Positions 35,712 to 45,900 of a stretch of DNA of 64,000 nucleotides are shown here, piece by piece (the first letter of the stretch is position 1; every line of letters starts with the position of its first letter). The notes beneath the pieces are model-generated. The model was not told the origin of the DNA. It searched no databases and saw only the letters and a list, made by a program, of their open reading frames with translations. The stretch lies in sequence record OR413581.1. One strand, 5' to 3'. Both the position numbers and the translations under genes were made by a program.

Positions 35712-36668
35712 ATGGGCGAACGTTTCATTATCCAGATTCCGTATAACGTTATTGTTGAACCTAACCAGTACCTGGCACAGATTAATGAACTTCTGGCTGG
35801 ATTCTGCCAACGTCAGTTTGTTAAACCGTGGTCCTTTGAGAAACTGTACACCCTGTGCGTGAACAGTGAAACCGGTCACACTTACGTCGAAGGTAAAGTC
35901 TTCACAGGCGACCAGCGTTTGGAAATAAATGATTTCGAAATGCCTTGGACGTTGGAAGGTGTCGAGTATCGTGGTACGGTTGATCGCCCGCGTTACGTAC
36001 CTTTGTACACCATCCCACAATGTATTACTAACGTTATGGGTTGGTCTAAAGCGCGTGGTATTCTGGATAACGGCGTCTGGTATAGCCAAGCCACCAAACT
36101 CTACGAAGAAGACGGTGAAGCAGCAACCGGCATCAGCAAAACCAAAGAACGTCTTATCATGGACGGCCTAGGCGATGCAATGGTGGTACTGGTTAACGTC
36201 AACGCCTTGGTAGGTATGCCATCCAAGTTGGTTTCTGTCATGCTGTCCCGTGGGCGCGCACGTCTCGAAAAGAACGTTCCATTTGGCGATGCCCATCGCT
36301 TGTTCCACAAAATGCGATTGGCCTTCACGTTGATGCACGACATTGTCTATCAAGGGGCCGATCGTCGTAACCAGCACCAGGGCACTTATCGTTTTACCGA
36401 GAGTGACGACGATCTGATTATCGAATACGAAGAGCAGATGACCGTGGCACTCTATTACATGGAAGCACTGGCGCGAGCGTACAACATTACCCTGGAACAG
36501 TGCTTCTCACTGGCTTGGGATGAAATCAAAGACCGTAAGGGTTTCCTGAATGCGGACGGTATCTTCGTTAAAGAAGCAGACATGACCGCTGCTGAAATCG
36601 AAGTAAACGGTTCCCTTACTGTAAAAGATGAGGCGTTTACCGATGGCGAAGAAACTGTTCACGGTTGA
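35712..36668 (+). CDS. mazG: MazG-like nucleotide pyrophosphohydrolase with N-terminal extra domain
   Basis: QATKLYEEDGEA...DGLGDAMV...LEQCFSLAWDEIKDRKG..DGIFVKEAD. Confidence 0.85.
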   Translation: MGERFIIQIPYNVIVEPNQYLAQINELLAGFCQRQFVKPWSFEKLYTLCVNSETGHTYVEGKVFTGDQRLEINDFEMPWTLEGVEYRGTVDRPRYVPLYTIPQCITNVMGWSKARGILDNGVWYSQATKLYEEDGEAATGISKTKERLIMDGLGDAMVVLVNVNALVGMPSKLVSVMLSRGRARLEKNVPFGDAHRLFHKMRLAFTLMHDIVYQGADRRNQHQGTYRFTESDDDLIIEYEEQMTVALYYMEALARAYNITLEQCFSLAWDEIKDRKGFLNADGIFVKEADMTAAEIEVNGSLTVKDEAFTDGEETVHG

Positions 36669-37065
36669 TTACGACGAATACGTTGATCGTTTACTGGTCA
36701 ACAATATCGTCTGGGAAGACCACGGTCTAATGCCGTGGCATCTGAAACTCCTAGCGGAGCGTTCAGAACAATACGGTGGTTTGGAGTTCGTACTTACCGA
36801 CACACCTATTCCGGTACCTCACATTGCGCCGGTAGAAAATCTGTACTTCTTCGATGCTAATGTGAAGTTATTACAGCAGGTACTCTATACGCATGACTGG
36901 CGTGGTGGTTGTCAGTTCCCAGAGAACGTTCTAAAGCTCTCTGAGCGCTTCGGCACCGACATTGCATACTGTCAAACGTTCCCAAAAGACTTGGGACGAA
37001 ACAGCGTGGTACTGTGGTATTACCCTCCGGTAAAAGACATCGTGAAAGTGATTATCGAACGCTAA
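36643..37065 (+). CDS. Hypothetical protein
   Basis: SD GAGG supports ATG 36643. Confidence 0.7.
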   Translation: MAKKLFTVDYDEYVDRLLVNNIVWEDHGLMPWHLKLLAERSEQYGGLEFVLTDTPIPVPHIAPVENLYFFDANVKLLQQVLYTHDWRGGCQFPENVLKLSERFGTDIAYCQTFPKDLGRNSVVLWYYPPVKDIVKVIIER

Positions 37066-37118
37066 AAATAAAAGCAAACGAGTACCCCGTTAGGGGTACT
37101 CGCGTTACTTATTTTTTT
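37065..37118. terminator. Bidirectional terminator
   Basis: CGAGTACCCC-GTTA-GGGGTACTCG with AAAAATAAAA before and TTATTTTTTT after. Confidence 0.9.
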
Positions 37119-37119
37119 G

Positions 37120-37671
37120 TTACGCTTGAGTCATGTCGGAGATGTCATAAACCAGACCGTTCAACTCAGTAACGGTGATCAGTTTACTGATATCGACACC
37201 ATCGCTCGGAACTTCGGTCAAATAAACTTCAACCGTACCCGTCCACGCCAGTGACTTTCCATTGAAACGCAAATTGTGTTTCGTGGAAGACGTCATTGAC
37301 TCCGTCGCATAAATCTCGCTCGCATCAATCAACCAATTGTACTTGGCCTGTAACAACGGAACGAGGTCGGCGGCTGTATTGGCGCTACTACCGTCCACAG
37401 ACAGCACCACGTTTTCAAACAGGTGGGCTACGTCCAGTCGACGGTAAGTAAGACCCATCTTACCAAACGTACCTTTCTCAACGATACCAGAAACATCGAG
37501 ACTGGTGTTCAGTCTGGTGTACTGTTCTGGGTCAGGATCGGCTGCGGTGATGTGCGACGGGTTACCGAACGACAATTTATCGATGGTCACGCCCTTACCA
37601 GTCAGTCCGGGATTCTGGGACACGATAAGATCGTAAACCAACTCTTTTGCGGTCTTTCCAAATAAACTCAT
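37120..37671 (-). CDS. Virion tail-tip/baseplate-associated protein
   Basis: LNTSLDV..G....LTYRRLDVAHLF motif typical of phiKZ-like tail-tip/fibre domains. Confidence 0.6.
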   Translation of the reverse strand: MSLFGKTAKELVYDLIVSQNPGLTGKGVTIDKLSFGNPSHITAADPDPEQYTRLNTSLDVSGIVEKGTFGKMGLTYRRLDVAHLFENVVLSVDGSSANTAADLVPLLQAKYNWLIDASEIYATESMTSSTKHNLRFNGKSLAWTGTVEVYLTEVPSDGVDISKLITVTELNGLVYDISDMTQA

Positions 37672-37693
37672 AATGCGCTACCTCTGTGGTGTA

Positions 37694-39916
37694 CTATCGC
37701 GCTTGTGGTAGGAAAATGTTCGCGATTTGTCGTGCCGGTATGATATCTAACGCGGCGTTGACGATGCTGCCCTGTGACCAGGCACTTGCCCAGTTCTGCG
37801 CCCAGATAGACGCGTTGATTTTAGCCTGCGCGATACCGTTGGTACGCTCGTAAAGCGTGGCAGCACCCAACACAGACATAAATTCACTGAACTTGTTATC
37901 ATCATCAAACACACCAATATCAGTTACAATCGGCATGTACATAACGCGTGACAGGTCGCGAATGGTTACCTGAATATCACACGACAACGGCAGGCCGTCT
38001 GCACGCCACCCTAACCCACCTGTACCAAACTGGAGACTCAAGTTAGTTACCATGGCATTACGCATGGAATAACGACCACGAGAATAACACTCCAGATAGA
38101 ACGGGTGCGTAAACGATTGTTTACCGGTTGCTAACGGGCAAACTGCCGCTAACCAGAACGACAAAGGGACAATCAGATCCTGGAACACATCTAAGTCGTT
38201 ACCCGACCAACAGCGAAGGGGAATGCTTAGCGAGATATCGTCACCTGAGGTGTCTGAGGAGTCCCACACTTCCGGGAAGTCAATCACTGACGAGTTGTAC
38301 AGCGACATAATCCCTGATAAATGCAAGAAATCGAGTGCGCCTGTAAAGGCGGACTTCAACCCAGTAATGAGACCATCGACTGCGTCGAAACCAGTCTTAC
38401 CACCAGAGAGGTTTACTTCCAAAGAACGTGCTTTCTGTGTGGCGGAGTTAACCGTGCCAGAGATTTCAGGTTCTTTGGTGGTGTTGGAGAACGAACGCCC
38501 TACGGTATCACGTCCATCAACACGCCAAGTAATCCACTGCGAACCATTGCGTATCTCCGAAGCGATGTTCGAAGTTAACCCATCCATAGCGCCTTCTAAA
38601 ATATCGATATAGTCTTTGAAGACGCTACCGACAGATTCTTTCTGGCCTTGGTCCATCCAGTTTTCAATCTTCCCAATGTCGAGATTATTCTCATCCATTG
38701 AGTTTGCTTCGGTCTGACTTTTAGCAACCTGAGCCTGGTTCTTTTCAACCTGTGCCATACGCTCGGCAAGCTCTTTACGTTGCGCATCACCTTCGTTTTC
38801 GAAGTTTTCAGCTTTACCTCCTTGTGACTGAGCATCCTGAATGCTTCCGTTCATCCCTGCTACCAGTTCGTCTTCTTTGTTATCGACGTTTTCAAAACCG
38901 GCATCGTACCCTTTACCGGCTTTGGCTACGTATTCAAGGTTACGTAAAGAAACCTCGTACTGCGCAGCTTTCTCCAAATGGGTTGTTGAGTACGTCGCTT
39001 CCAGATAGAAGTTTCGCAAACGTCGAGCCATGTCCTCTTCGTTACTCGACTCTTTACGAATTTTATCGATGGTTTTCGCCTGGTAGTTGGCTAATGTTTG
39101 GTAGCGGTTAATCATTCGATAGATATCGAACTCACCATCAGCTGTCCAGATTTCTGGCAGCATGGAGTACCACTCTTTGCGGTCGCCGTTGTACTTATTA
39201 GCAGTACCGCCTTTCTCAGACCCATCTACAGCGTTAGCAAGCTGGAAAGTCCCTAACACACCCGTTGGTACCAATCGGCGATAAACTAACTGGGTGTTGA
39301 CCATATTCTGCACAGCGCGCAGATACAAGTGCATTGTCGGTTTCACGTAGTAGTAGCGAGAAGTCTGCTTATTCAGCACCATCTTCAACATACGTGGCGT
39401 AATCAGAATAACCGCAAAGGCAACCGTGCCTACTGCGGCCCATATTGCTGCGGCGGCAACATACGTCCCCATCGCACGTAACATACCTGGGTAGTCACCT
39501 GTGCGTGCCAGATACGCTAGGTTGGAATCGTACATATTCGCGAAGAATGCAGCTACCCCGATATATCGAGGTTTACCGAAACGACAATGAAGATAAAAAC
39601 TGTTTTGGTTAATAGCTTCGTAATAGAAAGTCCCTAAACGATAGGAACCACGTTGGTCTTGACCTTTAACGTACTTTGAGTACGAGCCACGACCTGCATC
39701 AGGTTGTGCAAAAGCACCTGTTGAACTCGGATCAGCAAACATCGTAAACTGCGGCGGCGCATTTAACGCTTGCGAACCACCCATCGTGGTATCTTCAAAC
39801 GAGAGCATCGCGTTAGAGTAACGACGCAAACCCAGGAAACGCTCATCGCGTTGTGCGGTTGTACCGCCAAACAGGCCGGTTACCCATCCTGAATCTTTTA
39901 GTTGTCTTGCTTCCAC
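37694..39916 (-). CDS. Virion tail/baseplate protein
   Basis: Long ORF immediately downstream of the tail lysin; GAGAGG SD supports GTG 39916 rather than 39955; matches gp238 position (recalled). Confidence 0.65.
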   Translation of the reverse strand: MEARQLKDSGWVTGLFGGTTAQRDERFLGLRRYSNAMLSFEDTTMGGSQALNAPPQFTMFADPSSTGAFAQPDAGRGSYSKYVKGQDQRGSYRLGTFYYEAINQNSFYLHCRFGKPRYIGVAAFFANMYDSNLAYLARTGDYPGMLRAMGTYVAAAAIWAAVGTVAFAVILITPRMLKMVLNKQTSRYYYVKPTMHLYLRAVQNMVNTQLVYRRLVPTGVLGTFQLANAVDGSEKGGTANKYNGDRKEWYSMLPEIWTADGEFDIYRMINRYQTLANYQAKTIDKIRKESSNEEDMARRLRNFYLEATYSTTHLEKAAQYEVSLRNLEYVAKAGKGYDAGFENVDNKEDELVAGMNGSIQDAQSQGGKAENFENEGDAQRKELAERMAQVEKNQAQVAKSQTEANSMDENNLDIGKIENWMDQGQKESVGSVFKDYIDILEGAMDGLTSNIASEIRNGSQWITWRVDGRDTVGRSFSNTTKEPEISGTVNSATQKARSLEVNLSGGKTGFDAVDGLITGLKSAFTGALDFLHLSGIMSLYNSSVIDFPEVWDSSDTSGDDISLSIPLRCWSGNDLDVFQDLIVPLSFWLAAVCPLATGKQSFTHPFYLECYSRGRYSMRNAMVTNLSLQFGTGGLGWRADGLPLSCDIQVTIRDLSRVMYMPIVTDIGVFDDDNKFSEFMSVLGAATLYERTNGIAQAKINASIWAQNWASAWSQGSIVNAALDIIPARQIANIFLPQAR

Positions 39917-39964
39917 GTAAAACCTCTCTGTAAGATGATTAGGGGGTGTTGCCACCCCCTACGA

Positions 39965-42900
39965 TTAGCTTGCTTTCCGACTTACGTTTAACGACGGTGT
40001 CGGTTGGGTTATTTCCTGCCTACGTGCAGCTGAGCCCGGAGGAGGCACATTTGCCGCTTGCTGGATACTACCACCCCGTATGTCGTTTGCCGCTCTTGGA
40101 TTTGATTTCAAAATATCACGAATCTCTTTCAAGTAATCGCGAGACTGAATCAGTACCTTGAGCTGCTGAACATCTATCGGGTCACCATTCAGCGTTGGCG
40201 TCGATGCTGTAGCATCAGAAGTTGGAGCGGCAACTGGACGAGCTGCTGCGTTAACCTGCGCTTCCGCGCCTGCTTTCACTTTAGCAACATCCGTCGCAGA
40301 CAATCCTTCTGCTGCAGCTTGCGACGCTACGGTTTCGGCCGTTGTTGAGGCATCGGATGTTCCGGTACCGCCTGTGGTTGGTGTAGGCGCTGCTGGTCCT
40401 ACATTACCTGCGGCGGTAGCCATTGCATCTTGTGCCGCCATGGCCCCTTTCTGCGTCAATGCGTCATCACGACGATTAGCATTATCTGCTGGCAGGTTAT
40501 CTGCTGGCGACAGACTCGGGTCATTAGCGGCCGGTGCACCCATTGCTGCTGCCGGGTTGGTTGGTGAATTAGGCGACAAGCCTGCAACCATATCCTTCGT
40601 CTTGCTCGGATCGGCAGCGACTTCGTTGGCGGAAATTGCGCCCATGCGGCGGTTCAGTTCCTGAATAACCCCGTCTACGCTACGTATACGACCGTTGCTG
40701 TAGAAGACGTTGGCATTCCCTCTCAGTATTGCGGATGTAATCCCAGGAGCACTCGATGCCGCCATATTCGGATTACGCTTCCATGCTTCCAGGAATTTCT
40801 TACCGCCGCCTGCACCCAGGAAGTGGTACAGATAAGCCACGGCTGGAGGTGGTGCTTTACCGCCCAGGTCACGTTGTGCTTGTTGGATGTTGTCACGAAT
40901 GAACTGTACACCCAATATAGCATTCGCCCACGGGTCCATTTGGTTAACACGCGGAATACCAAACTTCCGCGAATACCCCTTCATCATCCCGTCCCACGTG
41001 CCGTTAACAAACTGGAACAACCCAGATGCCGAAGCATACGGGTTTTTAGCGGTGTAGTTAAATCCGGACTCCGCCTTAGCCATTGCTAACGCCACTGCAG
41101 GTGGCACGCCCATCATGTTCGCTGCATCGGTAATCAATGCTTTGATATTCGGAACGTTCAACGCACCCTTTCTACCCAACATTTCTATCGGGTATTTTTC
41201 AGCCAGTGACTTATAATCACCGTCTTTCACATCACTCAGGTTAATCGAAGACGAACCAGTGGTCATTGCAGCGTAGTTCCGCACACCGCCAACCGCATCG
41301 ACGACTTGACCTAAGTTACCCGGCACACCGCCACTCGTGCCCGATGGAATGTAGCCTGAGGCGCGAGCACCGTCAGATGACAAAGAATCTCCCGAACTGA
41401 TGTTCGAGTCTTCTTCATCTTCACCGGTGACTTCCAGAGAACTGCGGTTCTTGTTACGATCCTTCCAGCGTGCACGCTTGCCATTGTTTTTAATGGCTTT
41501 AATCATGTTACGCACGGCAAGGTCAGCTTCTTTTGACAACAGCTTCAGCGTTTCCAGCTCGGCTTTGATAGACGATGGGTTCGTGTTAGCATCGCCCCCT
41601 AATGGGTTGATATTCACTTCCCACACCGACTGTCTTATACCACCTTTCAAGCTGTAGGCAGTTGACATCATCAGACTGATTTCGTACAGGTAGCCGCCGG
41701 TCAGTTTCAAGTTCAGCGGATCGGCTGTTGGCAGGTAACGCTTCACCCCAACCAAATACGTCATGAATACCGGTAAGAAACGGTCAAAGAACCACCGTTT
41801 CAAACGATCTTCTTTCGGTGTACCGATGGCGTCTGGAACCATCGAGGCGATTGCTTTCTTCCAGTCACCTTTATAGCTTGCGGTTTTCACGTCGATGTCT
41901 TTGATGACGTTCTTCTCGAATACCGTAATCAACGTGCGTGTGGCGTTGTCGATGGTGGTAAAACCATAAGTCTTCCAACGTACCGACTCCATCGCATTCA
42001 TGTCTTTCTGGTCGAGCACCGCATTCCAGTCTACCTGAATCTGAACCTGCTCTGTTCCGTCTTCCCAACCCTCTACCTTCGCCAGATTTTTGTTACGTTC
42101 GTTATCCAACTGTCCAAGTTTGTTGATAGCTTCATCAACGCCCGCGGACTTAATCCCCTCCACGGCCGGTGCCATTCCGTACTTACGTGCTTTCTTATCG
42201 TCCATTCTGAATTTGATTGCACGCTCGACTTCATTCTGCACTTCCATAACCTCTTCACCGCTCAAAAACTCCTTCGGTGTAAAGGTTACAACGTCCCAGG
42301 CTTTCGAGAAGAAGCCTTGGTTGACTTTGCGTGGGTCTGTTAACGAAGAGAACGCTTTTGCATCCTTAGTCATCTTCATTTTGTTGAAGAGTGTCTGCAT
42401 GTCCTCTTTCGATACTTTCTTAGCATCGCCGACGTCAGCCAACTGGATACTGTTCGGCATCGATTTCAGTGCCGTAATCCAGCGGAGATAAATCGGAATG
42501 AAGCGCTGAAGCATAAACGCTTGGAAGGCCAACATCTCGCCTTTTTCCTCAACGTTAATACCGAACCCTTCAGCTAACTTCTGAACGTCTTTTCCACCTA
42601 GCCCACGGAGACTGGCTTGGCCATCTTCCGCGTAAGACACATACTCACGCAATGCGTCTTCTAAGTAACGCGCCTTCGCCCCGTCGTCCGACGACCACTT
42701 ATCGTAATCACGGAAACCGTACTGAGCTAAACGCATCTTATCCAGGTACTGGGTATAGGTAGTCGTTGCGATCTTGTACGCGGCGTAACCTGCCGCAGCG
42801 ATCGCACCACCGATAAGAATTGCCGGCCAGCCCACTGCTGTCACGACGGCAGATGCCGCAGTTGCCACAGCGGACACCGCGGGTGCTGCTAAACGGGTTA

Positions 42901-45900
42901 CTGCGAACTTACCAACATTCCACGCAGCCTTACCTAAAAGACCTACTGGTTTTAACACGCCCCATTTCGTGATAGAACCGAGTATATTACCCACAGTTCC
43001 CAAGATACTGACGATGGGACCGATAATAGGTAAGCCCTTCACCATATCCCACAGACCGCCAGATTTCCCTTTGGAGCCCTGCGCTTTCTCTTTCTTCTCC
43101 TTACGTTTCTCACGCCAACGTTTGAAGAAGTTAAAGTAATCGCGTTTTTCATCACCTTCAGGCGGCTTGTTACGTTTACCGAACTTCGCAAACATGGTAC
43201 GAATAATGCCATCGTCACCACCTGCACGGGATACTGATTCACGCATGGTGTTAAACCACGACATCTCTTGCAAGCCAATCATTCGGTCCAAGCGTTCGAA
43301 TAACCTTGCGCCTGCAGACTTGGCGGCATTCTTCCCTTTGTTAATAACCCTCCCTGCTGCATCACGGGCGGTCTCAAGGTCTTCCTTCGCATCGCCGTAG
43401 ACTTTACGGCCAGAAAGGCCACCTTTCGCGTTCAGATGACTGCGATAAAACTCAGCAACATCATCATCGCGTCCAGCCAACCGACGTTCAACTTCGTAAC
43501 GTGTAGCAATGTCGTGCCGTGCTCCACGATACCCATCGAGCATATCCCCAGCCCGGCCTCGGAAACCACTGAACCAACCACGCAGACGGTCACGTCCACG
43601 ACCAAAGAACGCTTTTGTTCTTGACCAACGTCCACCAAAACGTTCAGACAACGACGATTTCGCACGATTATACGCCCCGCGAACTGCACGGCCGATCGTA
43701 CTACCACCGCCACCGACACCCTTCTCCATTTCTTCTGTCCAACTTTCGTCTTCCGGTTCGCCCGGTAAACGTTGGTTCAACAGTTTATAGATACGGATAA
43801 GGATGTGGTTGGTTTTCTTGCCGGTTGATGAGAAGATACTGAAACCACCACCCCCACCATCTTTACGGCCTTTCCACCAACGCGTCAGTGGGTTGTCGGT
43901 AATCATGTCTTTCAGACGGTCGACACCACGTTTCGCAAAACCGAGCACTTTACCCGGTAAGCTCGTTACGCGGTTGAACGCTTTCTGGAGACGTGTCTTT
44001 TCTTCGCCTTCCGGAATCTCGTTCAGCCAGTCCTTAATCTTACCAACGATGCTGCCCGCTTTCGGTGACAGGAAATCCAGGAACCGTTTCGGTAGCTTAG
44101 CCACCTTATTAAAGCCTAAGCCAATCTTACTGGCCAGACCTTGGGTCAGTGCTTGGATTTTCCCGCCTTTATAGTAGCGGAGTTTACCCGCAGCGGCTAA
44201 GTCAGCGGCTGCTAATACCAGATTACCTGCGGAGTCAACAATATCACTCCCCAGTTTGATGTCGTCCAGCGTTTTCAGCTGAACCATTTTACCATCAATG
44301 ACCTGATAGTATTCTCCAGCTTCCAGACGTGCACCTTGCAGAACAACATTACCGTGGTCATCGTAAACGTCGCGGATACCCAGCAATCCTTTACCGAAAG
44401 AGCTTACTGCTTCAAAGCCCCCACGGACACTACCGCTGATAAGGCCACGCATCCGGGTTAAGAAACCAGGACCTTCTCCGCCACCCATCCCTGCGATTTT
44501 ACCGCGTGCCCAGCCACCGAACTGATTCAGTTTATTCCAGGCACCCTTAACACCACGTTTCGCAAAGCCGCCGATTCCTGTTGCGGTGTCGAACAACACG
44601 CCACCCCAACGACGAATAAGCCCATCCTCACCGATGATAATACGACGGCGTTTACCGCCACCGCTACCACCGCCAGGACGAGGTGGACCCATTTCTTCGT
44701 CACCAGAACCAGCACCTCCTGCTAACGAAGCCAGGAGAACCCCTTCTTCGTCCATACTTCTGACGTGCTCCAGAATTTTCTGGAGGGTGTCACTGTTGTT
44801 GTTACCCCGAATCGCTTCGATGATGCCGTCAAAGTTATTCCGTGGTGCTTCTTCGCCACGGTTACGTTGGCTCAGCAATTCAACAAAGTTAGTCGAGGTT
44901 TCACCGTAGAGAACTGCGGCTAACTGCCGAGGCGACATTCCGCGGCCTTTACCACCGCCACGTAAAGCCGGCGGCAACGACGTGTCATCGGCACCACCAC
45001 TTGCCCCTTGGTTCATTCGGCGCAGATAGTCGCCTAACGCCGAACCGTTTTGCAGCTTACGTTGAATCTCCTGCTCACGAGTCAATGCACGACCGCTGCG
45101 TGTCTTACCCATTGCCAAGTCATTAAACAAGGTATAGGGATCGGACAGGTCTTTATCCGCGCCGAAAGTGTCACTCTTCGCGTCGTAGTTAAAGATACCC
45201 GCATCGCGCAATGCTCGCTCACCGTAAATATTCACCGCCTCGTCGATAATTGCCTGACGTTGGGTGATAGATGACTGCACTGTGGAGATTTTGCGGGCCA
45301 GCTCGTTACTTAATTCGTTGCTACCACCGACCAAGCTATCAGAATGCCCCTGTAACGCTTCCTTAATGCGTTCTGCGGCGTTTCCTGGCATATACCGATG
45401 AAGATGCATCGGGTCTTTCAGAATCGCTTCTACGTCGAATGCACGACCCTGCGAGGCACGTGACTCGATATAGTCGGCAAGATGCTGCCGATCCTTCTGC
45501 GAGAGCGTTTTGCCACGGTCAACAAAATCTACAGTGCTGTTAATGGAATTTTGGAGACGCAGCCGTTGCTCATCGTTTGCAACCGCTTTGCGTACGCGGT
45601 TACCGAGCACTTTGCGGTCTACGAAACCACGGCTGGTGATGTCGTATTCCAGGTCGGCATGTTCGCCATAACCCCGACGAACAGATTTGTTAATCTCTGC
45701 CAGCCAGGCGGGAATAACTTCAACCAGGCTAAGATATGCTTTACGGTCAAATTTCGCCGAACGGCTTAACGTTTCGCCATTACGTTCGTCAAGGAAGGCT
45801 TTCTCACGGTTTAACGGTTGGACAATACCGAGTTCATTCAGTACCCGGAACAAATCCGCCAATGGTCCTTGCGTTTCGCCTGCGATGGCTGAGTTCGAGA

